Of a DNA stretch of 41,438 bases, positions 16,747 through 24,823 are shown piece after piece (the first letter of the stretch is position 1; every line of letters starts with the position of its first letter). Under the pieces are notes generated by a model. That model worked only from the letters and a program-made list of their open reading frames with translations. It searched no databases and had not been told where the DNA came from. This DNA comes from Thermoplasmatota archaeon (GTDB lineage: Archaea; Thermoplasmatota; E2; DHVEG-1). The position numbers and the translations under genes are program-made. The stretch covers positions 1 to 41,438 of the forward strand of contig JAWOBC010000148.1 of NCBI GenBank assembly GCA_046498165.1, given 5' to 3'.

Positions 16747-17048
16747 CTATTCCAAACCTTTTACTCTTATACAACTACTCCACTCCAGCTTCTAGTATTA
16801 CTATCGCTGATGCGAAGCAACTTCAGATATTCAATCAATTTAGATTGCTTCAAAATGTAATCAAATCTCTATCTATTAAAAGCAACAATTTTACTATTTG
16901 AAATTCAAAAATCAAAACAGTTATATACAAACATTAATTGTCCAGATACAAGGAGATAGAACATTTTTGAAATATGACAATATTTTAGGCTATAAGAGCA
17001 AAGTAAACCTTACCAAAATACATATAAAAAGATGTTCTATCAACAAAC

Positions 17049-18275
17049 TTGAGGTGCTTTATGGGTAATATCAAAAGATTGTATTCAGATAGAGCTGGTA
17101 AGATGCGAAAATCAGTGATTCGAGAGTTATTAAAAGTAGCTCAGGATCCTGAGATTATCTCGTTTGCAGGTGGTCTTCCAAATCCAAAATCTTTTCCCAT
17201 AGATGATTTAAATAGCATCGTTAATTCTGTGATGAAACACCATGGGAAAGAGGCACTTCAATATGGAACAACTAAAGGATTGATTCAGTTAAGGGAAGGT
17301 CTTGCTGAACGTGCTCATAAAGATGGAATAGATGATGTTACCGCAGATAATATCATTATCACCAATGGATCTCAGCAGGCGCTTGATGCAGTGGGAAAAA
17401 TTTTTTTAAATCCAGGTGACACCGCACTTGTCGGTCTTCCTACCTATCTTGGCGGTATCAATGCATTTAAGAGTTATGAGAGTAATTTAACAGGTATCCC
17501 TCTTGATGAGAATGGCATGCGTGTTGATGTTTTAGAGGAGACCATCAAAGAAATGTTAACCGAGGACATCATTCCAAAATTCATCTATGTTGTTCCAACT
17601 TTTCAGAATCCTGCGGGAGTTGTAATGCCTGAGAAACGACGGAAGGAATTAATTGATCTTGCTAATAATTATGATTTAGTTATTGTTGAAGATGACCCCT
17701 ATGGAAAATTAGGCTATGATATTGATCATATCAAACCCATAAAAGCTTTTGATGATGAAGGAAGGGTTATTTATATGTCAACGTTTTCAAAAATATTGTC
17801 TCCTGGTTTCCGGCTTGCTTGGACCGTTGCATCAGAGGAATTAACCCGGAAAATGGTAATTTGTAAACAGGCCCTTGACTTATGTACCAATACTTTTACT
17901 CAGTATATTGCTAATGAATTTATGCGACAAGGAAGTCTTGATTTACATATTATGAAAATTTGTGAGATGTATAAACCAAAAAGGGATATCATGATGGATG
18001 CTATGCAGAACTATTTCCCTGATGGATATGTTTGTAATAAACCAAAAGGTGGTATGTTTGCTTGGGTCACGCTTCCTGAGGGTATTGATTCTGAAACCAT
18101 GTTTCTTGATGCTATTAAACATAAGGTGGCCTATGTTCATGGCAAAGCGTTTCATGTAGATGGTGGCGGTGCACAATCGTTGCGATTAAATTTTTCCTAT
18201 TCCAGCAATAATCAAATTGATGAAGGGATGAAACGATTAGGAGCAGTCATCCAGAAAAAAATTGATGCGATGTAA
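17049..18275 (+). CDS. PLP-dependent aminotransferase (class I/II, aminoadipate/aromatic aminotransferase-like)
   Basis: It has SVIRELLKV...ISFAGGLPNPKSFP, NPAGVVM and STFSKILSPGFRLAW (the PLP lysine). The likely start is the ATG at 17061. Confidence 0.9.
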   Translation: MRCFMGNIKRLYSDRAGKMRKSVIRELLKVAQDPEIISFAGGLPNPKSFPIDDLNSIVNSVMKHHGKEALQYGTTKGLIQLREGLAERAHKDGIDDVTADNIIITNGSQQALDAVGKIFLNPGDTALVGLPTYLGGINAFKSYESNLTGIPLDENGMRVDVLEETIKEMLTEDIIPKFIYVVPTFQNPAGVVMPEKRRKELIDLANNYDLVIVEDDPYGKLGYDIDHIKPIKAFDDEGRVIYMSTFSKILSPGFRLAWTVASEELTRKMVICKQALDLCTNTFTQYIANEFMRQGSLDLHIMKICEMYKPKRDIMMDAMQNYFPDGYVCNKPKGGMFAWVTLPEGIDSETMFLDAIKHKVAYVHGKAFHVDGGGAQSLRLNFSYSSNNQIDEGMKRLGAVIQKKIDAM

Positions 18276-18388
18276 GGAGAAGTTATCAATCGGTATATTT
18301 TTTCCTCTTTGTTTTATATCTTCATGATGGATTAATGTTGAAAAAATAAGAAATAAAAAATAAGTATTTAACTCTGAAACGATTTATT

Positions 18389-18931
18389 TCAAACCATTTT
18401 TTTGAGTTCATCCATGTTTGGGTTTATGATACCACATTTTTTCACTGGAAAAATATCTTCAAGGATTTGAACTTCACTAATCCAGAGATGATATTCCTTG
18501 GTCAGCAGATGACTAAATTGTTTCACACTTTTCATATCTTCTGCGGTGACCACAAACATCCAATCATATTTTCCATGAAGATAGCTACTGCATTCAACAT
18601 CAACTCCAACCTTTAATCCCTTGTTATGCATAGTGAGATCAATGATTTTAGGAATAGCATCATCGATTGGTTCAGTGGATCGTTTAATCATGATGATAAA
18701 ACGTTTTTTCTCTAATTTTTCATCATCTACAACGGTGTTATATCCCCATATCTTCTCTTTTTTTTCAAGCCGTTTGATGATCCGCCAGACTTTTTGTCTC
18801 GAGAAATGATGTTTTTTGGCGATGTGTTCGATGCTTCCCCGTGCATTTTTCTTTAAGTCTTGGAGTACTTTTAATTCATCCTTTTTTATCTGCGCTGCGC
18901 TTCTTCGGGCCATTTGTTTTTCACCAATCAA
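18389..18931 (-). CDS. Lrp/AsnC-family transcriptional regulator
   Basis: An N-terminal HTH (LKVLQDLKKNARGSIEHIAKKHHFSRQKVWRIIKRLEKK) is followed by a C-terminal RAM-like domain. The likely start is the ATG at 18913 (MARRS...). Confidence 0.8.
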   Translation of the reverse strand: MIGEKQMARRSAAQIKKDELKVLQDLKKNARGSIEHIAKKHHFSRQKVWRIIKRLEKKEKIWGYNTVVDDEKLEKKRFIIMIKRSTEPIDDAIPKIIDLTMHNKGLKVGVDVECSSYLHGKYDWMFVVTAEDMKSVKQFSHLLTKEYHLWISEVQILEDIFPVKKCGIINPNMDELKKMV

Positions 18932-19024
18932 ACCCCTATATCAAATCATCCTTTAAAAAATTATATGCTTTACCAGAATTTATTAATACGAATAAACTGA
19001 TATTTTAAAATTGATGATATTTTT

Positions 19025-19132
19025 CTACAATTTATCATAACACTCTTTGCAGATTAAACCATGCACTGGATGATTATAAAGATCACAGATTGAAACCTGT
19101 GTCCTACAGTTCCGGCATCGTCTTTTTTCCAT
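19025..19132 (-). CDS. 35-aa zinc-ribbon protein (MEKRRCRNCRTQVSICDLYNHPVHGLICKECYDKL), not in the ORF track
   Basis: I translated it by hand. The Cys arrangement is CxxC-x6-C-x11-CxxC, and it lies in an otherwise empty ~260-nt gap. Confidence 0.35.
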   Translation of the reverse strand: MEKRRCRNCRTQVSICDLYNHPVHGLICKECYDKL

Positions 19133-19193
19133 GAACATTTATTCCTTATCACAATCTTTCAACATAAAGATATTGAATTAAGCAGAATTCAAT

Positions 19194-19688
19194 CTAGTTC
19201 TTAATGCTTAATGGATGATAGTAACCGGCAAGATATAATGATGGTCCTCGCATTCCAATGAAACGGAAATAAAAATGGGTTTCATTGTGAGTACCGATTC
19301 CTACGATAGTCATAGCTTTTTCATTGGATTGATCAGCAGAAAGTCGACCAAGAAAGAAGGATCCAAATACCTTTCCAGCCAGGTAACCACTGGCCTCGGT
19401 TTGATTTCTTTCAACTAAAACACCAACGAATTTATCTGAAAACGAGTCAGTGCAATAACCAGTGCTGGAGTAAATTGGTCTTAAAGGACGTCCACGCAAA
19501 TTTGTTATTCCTACGATTCCTCTAAACCTGTGTGTTGCCCAATCAGGCGGATCATTACAGAGCGGAGTACTTTGTTCATTACCTATAATTGAAGATTGAT
19601 GATGGCTGATTTGCAAAGAAGAAACAGCGGTGGTCAAAGGAATACCGATGATTAAAATCACAAAAACAACAGCTATTTTTTTTATCAT
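19194..19688 (-). CDS. Secreted hypothetical protein (164 aa)
   Basis: It has an N-terminal signal-like helix (MIKKIAVVFVILIIGIPLTTAVSS). I recognise no family. Confidence 0.65.
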   Translation of the reverse strand: MIKKIAVVFVILIIGIPLTTAVSSLQISHHQSSIIGNEQSTPLCNDPPDWATHRFRGIVGITNLRGRPLRPIYSSTGYCTDSFSDKFVGVLVERNQTEASGYLAGKVFGSFFLGRLSADQSNEKAMTIVGIGTHNETHFYFRFIGMRGPSLYLAGYYHPLSIKN

Positions 19689-19771
19689 GAATATTCTACC
19701 CCATTTATTTCTATGCTTAAAAAGTGGTAAGCGTTTAAAAAGATATCTCTCTTGACGGATGGGCCTTGCAC

Positions 19772-20113
19772 TTATGATTCAGTGAGCTGCATAATTGCTT
19801 CTGCAATATCTCCTTTTGTTTTTTCTAATGCTTTTTTTGCTTCTTGGTCAGAGACACCGGTTTGATTCATAATTAATTCGATATCTTCCTTTGGAATCTC
19901 CTCCTTAACATCCATAATTTTTGGAGTACCAGCGATTTGATAGGTTTTTTCTCCCTGAGCATTCATGATGGTAACATCGGCTTTGTCAAAGACATATTGT
20001 TTCTTATCTGTTTCAATAATTACTTTTTTCACGTTCTTGATTTCTTTGACATTGATGCCAAGTTTTCGCATCATTTGATTCATCTGCTTTGGGTTCATTC
20101 CTCTTGGAAGCAT
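19772..20113 (-). CDS. nac: Nascent polypeptide-associated complex protein (NAC)
   Basis: It has MLPRGMNPKQMNQMMRKLGI, a NAC domain, and a C-terminal UBA-like segment (VSDQEAKKALEKTKGDIAEAIMQL). GGAGGT lies upstream of the ATG at 20113. The longer track ORF would run into nnr. Confidence 0.87.
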   Translation of the reverse strand: MLPRGMNPKQMNQMMRKLGINVKEIKNVKKVIIETDKKQYVFDKADVTIMNAQGEKTYQIAGTPKIMDVKEEIPKEDIELIMNQTGVSDQEAKKALEKTKGDIAEAIMQLTES

Positions 20114-20186
20114 CTTTGGTAACCTCCGGTAGATATTTTGTGTTAACGAAGCATATATACAATATAAGATTGTTATAGGTTTTGGT

Positions 20187-21647
20187 ATGATTGCGGCCAA
20201 GGAAATAAAGGTACTGGATCGAAACGCGGAATACTATGGTTCCCATCCAGAAAAACTTATGGAATCTGCAGGAAAAGGAGTCGCTGATTATGTTGATAGG
20301 AACATAAAACCGGGTTCTATTCTCATTTTTTGCGGTCATGGAAATAATGGCGGTGACGGATTTGTAGCTGCACGATACTTATCAAACAACTATGAAGTTA
20401 CGGTGTTTCTCGCTGGTTCTGAAGAAAATATTCGATCAGATATTGCTCAAAAAAATTATAATAGATTAAAAAAGCTTCCGATAACACTTTATGATCATCA
20501 TTCTTTGGGTGAAATCCCTGAGCTAATTAATCAATCAAATCTAATCATCGATGCTATGCTTGGAATTGGTTTATCCGGTGATCTTCGTCCACCGTTTAAC
20601 ACTATTGTGCAGTCAATAAATCGGACAAAGGATAAAACGATTATCTCTGTTGATGTTCCAACTGGATTAGGAATGAATGAATCGGTCAAACCGGCAGTGA
20701 CGATAACCTTTCACGACCTAAAAGAGGGTATGGTTACAGAAAATGCTGGAGACATTGTTATCGTGGATATTGGTATTCCTAAAAAAGCACAACAGTATGT
20801 TGGCCCAGGGGATCTTATGATCCATTATCCAGTGCCCAAAAAACAATCTCATAAGGGAGAAAATGGTCGTTTATTGGTTATTGGTGGTGGACCTTTTTCT
20901 GGTGCACCTGCATTATCTGCGTTAGCAGCGTTGCGAACAGGGGCTGACCTGGTTTTTGTTGCTACTCCAAAGCAAACAGCTAAGGTTATTGGTTCTTATT
21001 CACCAAATATTATTTTAAAGCCCGTAACTAGTGGACATATGATTACCAAGGATGACATTAACCCGATTAGGGAATTATTATCTACTGTTGATGCCGTAGT
21101 TCTAGGGCCAGGTTTAGGGTCATCATATGACACTGCTGATGCAGTTCGGTCCTTTGTTCCATTTATTGTAAAACAAAATCTTCCACTTGTTGTTGATGCT
21201 GATGCCCTGCGAGCAATTGGACAAAATCGGGATTGTATCCAAAAAACCAGAACGATTATTACCCCGCATGCTGGTGAATTCACTGATTTTACTGGAACGG
21301 AACCACCAATCGATCTTAAGCAAAGAGCTGATTTTGTCTTTCAATGGGCGAAAAAACTTGGTATCTGTATCTTCTTGAAAGGTGCTGTTGATATTATGAG
21401 TGATGGGGAAACAACAAAATTAAATGATGTTCATAATCCAGCGATGACTGTTGGGGGAACCGGAGATGTTTTAGCCGGTATTATTGGCGCCCTTCTTTCA
21501 AAAAAAACTGATCCCATGAATGCGATGAGAATGGCAGCTTTCCTGAATGGAAAAGCAGGTAATCTTGTTTTCCAAAAAAAATCATATGGTCTTTTGGCAA
21601 CAGATATCATTGAGCAAATACCATTGGTATTAAAAACATATTTATAA
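20187..21647 (+). CDS. nnr: Bifunctional NAD(P)H-hydrate repair enzyme (epimerase plus ADP-dependent dehydratase)
   Basis: The YjeF_N part carries GHGNNGGDGF. The C-terminal carbohydrate-kinase part carries HKGENGRLLVIGGG...GAPALSALAALRTGADLV and GGTGDVLAG. Confidence 0.92.
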   Translation: MIAAKEIKVLDRNAEYYGSHPEKLMESAGKGVADYVDRNIKPGSILIFCGHGNNGGDGFVAARYLSNNYEVTVFLAGSEENIRSDIAQKNYNRLKKLPITLYDHHSLGEIPELINQSNLIIDAMLGIGLSGDLRPPFNTIVQSINRTKDKTIISVDVPTGLGMNESVKPAVTITFHDLKEGMVTENAGDIVIVDIGIPKKAQQYVGPGDLMIHYPVPKKQSHKGENGRLLVIGGGPFSGAPALSALAALRTGADLVFVATPKQTAKVIGSYSPNIILKPVTSGHMITKDDINPIRELLSTVDAVVLGPGLGSSYDTADAVRSFVPFIVKQNLPLVVDADALRAIGQNRDCIQKTRTIITPHAGEFTDFTGTEPPIDLKQRADFVFQWAKKLGICIFLKGAVDIMSDGETTKLNDVHNPAMTVGGTGDVLAGIIGALLSKKTDPMNAMRMAAFLNGKAGNLVFQKKSYGLLATDIIEQIPLVLKTYL

Positions 21648-21666
21648 TTAAGAAATATCAACCTAA

Positions 21667-23343
21667 ATGATGAAAATAACTAGTGTTTTAATCCTTGCGT
21701 TTTGTTTTTTTCCAATGATAATACCGCAATGTTCAGCTCAGATGTTTTCTTCTACTATACCCTTTGAAGCTACGGTTCCTGTTAACACTATAACCGTTGG
21801 AATTGGTAAAACAGAGGTCTCAGGTTATTTTTATGGTATTAATATGTCTGAAATAATTTCTATTCCATCTTTGGATCAATACCAAACTAGTTTAGATATA
21901 ACTAATCTTACTGATACCATCGATCTTTCTTTTTTTGATTCACTATATGGTTTTCCCTTATTTGCTCCAATAGTGTTTTCTTCAGTTTCTGAAGTATTAA
22001 TTATAAATAACTCAATTTTTAATAATCCACCCTCTAGTCCTATCGAGCTTCAGCAGTTTATTCAGGATGTTGAAATATTTGAAAATGTTACGATATCGGT
22101 TGATCAAGGTTTGGCATTTTTTGGCACAAATGGACAGAAGGTTTCCATGTCCTCTTCTGCTTCTTTTGCCCTTTCTGGTTTTGCTGAACTACCTGTATTT
22201 TCAAAAAATGATTTTGATACATTTTTTCTTCTCTCCATGTCTCCTCGTCTGCTGCACTATTCAGAAAACACTTCTATGCTGTATCCTTTTTCTCCATCAA
22301 CATTAATAAATATTATATCTTCAGAAGGATCAATGCTGTGGAATCAATCAGGAACTGATTCTTTTCTTTTGATAAAACATGACCGTGTCACAATCACTGA
22401 TGAAAGTCCACTTCATCTCTATCCTCTCAGCTCAAATAAAGCAAAGAAAAATTATTCGCAACTTGAGATGGAAATAACTCCAGCTGAACAGCAAGATATC
22501 AATATCGATGATTTGTTATCATCATTATCCAAAATTTCTACTGCTGAAGAAAACATCTCTATACCATTTGATATTCTGAAGAACAATATGCTCAGGGAAT
22601 CACTTTCAAGTGTTTCACCAATGATGAATGGTGCTTTTTTGCTTGTAGATCGTAATGAGACTGTGGTAATTGATGGAAGAGGTCAATTCATTTCTTCATT
22701 TGTTTTTGTGCGAAGTAAGAAGGTTTCTATTAGCATAGATGATAATTTGCCTTTCGTTAAAAAAATTAGTTCCCAAGGCGATTTATTTTTTGTGAATGAT
22801 TATTTTTTTGTTCAATCTGCAAAAGATAGTGAAAACGGTTTATATTTACCGATTCTCCCAATTATTGTTTGGGTGGGTGCATTACTCTGTTTTCTTCTAC
22901 TTAAATATAATGTTATAAGAAAAAAAGAGAGGGAATATGTAGAAGAAATTACTGATAAAAAAATTTCATTAGCACTCATTGGTATAAGGTTACTTTCGAT
23001 TGGGATTATCTTTTTCCTACTTGATTTTGAAGTTAAACAACTTCTAGGTACAAGTGCTTTTCATATGCTTTTCAATCATTTTTTCTGGCCAATTTTTTTA
23101 CTTCTTTTAGGCTTTCAATTAGTATTATGGTTTATTGGTTACCTCTGTTGTGCTTTTCCTCTTCAATACCTGATTATAACAAGTTTCAATTGTCTTCCAA
23201 TCAATAAGACCTATAGAAAAACAATGGGAAAGAGTATTGGTTTACTTGGAATCTGGCTCTTCGCTGGTCTTTACATGCTTTTAGTGTTGAACATTATATT
23301 GTTTTTTATTAAACCTTTATTACCCTCTCTACCAATGGTGTAA
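21667..23343 (+). CDS. Membrane protein with a large sequon-rich extracellular domain and a multi-TM C-terminus (558 aa)
   Basis: It has a signal peptide, many N-x-S/T sequons, and about 5 C-terminal TM helices. I recognise no family. Confidence 0.75.
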   Translation: MMKITSVLILAFCFFPMIIPQCSAQMFSSTIPFEATVPVNTITVGIGKTEVSGYFYGINMSEIISIPSLDQYQTSLDITNLTDTIDLSFFDSLYGFPLFAPIVFSSVSEVLIINNSIFNNPPSSPIELQQFIQDVEIFENVTISVDQGLAFFGTNGQKVSMSSSASFALSGFAELPVFSKNDFDTFFLLSMSPRLLHYSENTSMLYPFSPSTLINIISSEGSMLWNQSGTDSFLLIKHDRVTITDESPLHLYPLSSNKAKKNYSQLEMEITPAEQQDINIDDLLSSLSKISTAEENISIPFDILKNNMLRESLSSVSPMMNGAFLLVDRNETVVIDGRGQFISSFVFVRSKKVSISIDDNLPFVKKISSQGDLFFVNDYFFVQSAKDSENGLYLPILPIIVWVGALLCFLLLKYNVIRKKEREYVEEITDKKISLALIGIRLLSIGIIFFLLDFEVKQLLGTSAFHMLFNHFFWPIFLLLLGFQLVLWFIGYLCCAFPLQYLIITSFNCLPINKTYRKTMGKSIGLLGIWLFAGLYMLLVLNIILFFIKPLLPSLPMV

Positions 23344-23346
23344 AAC

Positions 23347-24087
23347 ATGTCTTTTTCTCTGTATCCTATCCCTCATGCACCGGCGTTATGGATTCATGAT
23401 CTTAAGATGCTGGTTCTTGCAGATCTTCACATCGGCATTGAAAATGAATTAAAGAAACATGGGGTGCAGGTTGCTTCACAAACTATTCAGATGAAAAAAA
23501 AATTATATCATCTTTGTAGCCGGTATGAACCGGAAAGTATAATCCTTCTAGGTGATATTAAGCATTCAATTCCTGCAACACCATTTCAAGAGAAAAAGGA
23601 ACTCTATGATTTTTTAAAGGGACTTGCTGATTTTGCCCCTATCCATATCATCCCTGGGAATCATGATGGGTCCATTAAACATTTTATCCCTGATGATATC
23701 ATCCTTCATCCATCCGGTGGGTATCTGAGAGAAAACATTGGATTTTTGCATGGACATCGATGGCCGAAGAAATCGCTTATGAACGCTGAGTTTTTGTTCT
23801 TTGGTCATAGTCATCCAACGATAATGCTCTCTGATAGGTTGAAATATCAGAATTTTGAGCCTTGCTGGGTGAAGACATCACTGCTGAAAGAGAAGACAAA
23901 AGAACGATATGAGCGTTTTGATAGGGAGCTCACGGTGTTAGTGTTTCCTGCCTTTAATCCTCTCTGTGGTGGGACAGCGGTTAATAAAGATGGTTTGGTA
24001 GGTCCCTTACAAAAAATTATTGATTTGCCGGATGCAGAAATATTTCTTCTTGATGGAACCGATCTCGGAAAAGTAAAACGGATTTAA
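23347..24087 (+). CDS. Metallophosphoesterase (COG1407 / PdeM-like ICC phosphoesterase)
   Basis: It has the DLHIG, GDIKH, GNHD, LHGH and GHSHP motif series. It starts 4 nt after the preceding gene. Confidence 0.8.
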   Translation: MSFSLYPIPHAPALWIHDLKMLVLADLHIGIENELKKHGVQVASQTIQMKKKLYHLCSRYEPESIILLGDIKHSIPATPFQEKKELYDFLKGLADFAPIHIIPGNHDGSIKHFIPDDIILHPSGGYLRENIGFLHGHRWPKKSLMNAEFLFFGHSHPTIMLSDRLKYQNFEPCWVKTSLLKEKTKERYERFDRELTVLVFPAFNPLCGGTAVNKDGLVGPLQKIIDLPDAEIFLLDGTDLGKVKRI

Positions 24088-24157
24088 CTGTTCTCTTATT
24101 TCCATAAATGTCTTCAGTTACTTTGAAAAGCAGAATCGCTAAAGTATAGAATTATTT

Positions 24158-24382
24158 TTATCGAATGGTGGTAAATTTAAGCAGAGCTTTTGTTCCTTTT
24201 AGTTTTTTTACAGTCATATCCAGAAAATGTATCACTTCATTGAGGGTTACAGTATTTTTCCATTTATAGACGAATTCGTGCTCACCTAGAGCGGGTTCAA
24301 ATCCGAGGGATTTCATTATGTCAAAAATCTCTGACACACTTGCTCCTTCAACACTATGGTAGATTTCAACATACGTTTTCAT
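24158..24382 (-). CDS. Hypothetical small protein (74 aa)
   Basis: This is an ORF with host-like composition and no recognised motif. Confidence 0.5.
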   Translation of the reverse strand: MKTYVEIYHSVEGASVSEIFDIMKSLGFEPALGEHEFVYKWKNTVTLNEVIHFLDMTVKKLKGTKALLKFTTIR

Positions 24383-24573
24383 ACTATCAATATTGAATGT
24401 TTAAAATGATGTTATAAAAAAAGTTGGTGTAAAAATAACGAAAGGTTTTTTTTGATATATCCTATGAAAGGATGTAATATCCGTAATTTCTGGTATTTTC
24501 AACAAAGAATTAAGCTTAAATAAGTAATCATTTATTAGGTAACGAATTAGAGCAGCACAAAAGGTGATTTACT

Positions 24574-24750
24574 ATGGAGTTAAATCTTTCAAAAGATCTA
24601 CAGAAAATAATAATGATGTTATTGTTCATTATAATCCCATTATTATTGATTTTAGCTGGTGCTATAACCAATTTTACCAATGGGTTGTATTACATTCTTT
24701 CAATCTTTTGGTTTGGAATGGGCGTCGTGTTCTACGGAGTCATCAATTGA
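24574..24750 (+). CDS. 58-aa two-TM membrane protein (MELNLSKDLQKIIMMLLFIIIPLLLILAGAITNFTNGLYYILSIFWFGMGVVFYGVIN)
   Basis: It has an ATG start preceded by AGGTGA. The two hydrophobic helices are more protein-like than the overlapping GTG-started track ORF 24564..24794. Confidence 0.4.
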   Translation: MELNLSKDLQKIIMMLLFIIIPLLLILAGAITNFTNGLYYILSIFWFGMGVVFYGVIN

Positions 24751-24823
24751 TTTTTTTTAAAGAAACCAGGTATTTTGTCAACAAAGTTTATTAAAAACCT
24801 TTTTTCATAATATTCATACTGTT

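Larger units (their letters stand above)
12204..16924. mobile_element. Integrated plasmid- or virus-like element (integrase, repeat-rich non-coding region, four ORFs with no recognisable family)
   Basis: The DNA shifts abruptly to much more A+T-rich sequence. By-eye sampling of 60-nt lines gives about 25% G+C here and about 40% in the flanking genes. A tyrosine recombinase sits at the left edge. Colinear short direct repeats (aattttac and aaacagttat) occur at 12204-12222 and 16887-16924. The boundaries are approximate. Confidence 0.6.

Noticed and set aside
12141-17048. Other short matches between the element flanks (aaatacatat at 12181 and ~17017; atcgctg at ~12151 and ~16804; tattcaat).
   Set aside because: They are not colinear with each other and are expected by chance in A+T-rich DNA. 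Only the colinear pair aattttac and aaacagttat was kept, as a weak att candidate.
20013-20339. 108-aa minus-strand ORF and the N-terminal extension of the NAC ORF (to 20200).
   Set aside because: Both overlap the well-supported nnr start and the NAC gene. NAC has a good GGAGGT and ATG at 20113, matching the conserved N-terminus MLPRGMNPKQ.
24564-24794. GTG-started 76-aa track ORF.
   Set aside because: The overlapping ATG-started frame (24574-24750) has an AGGTGA element upstream and encodes two clean TM helices. The 76-aa product looks random.
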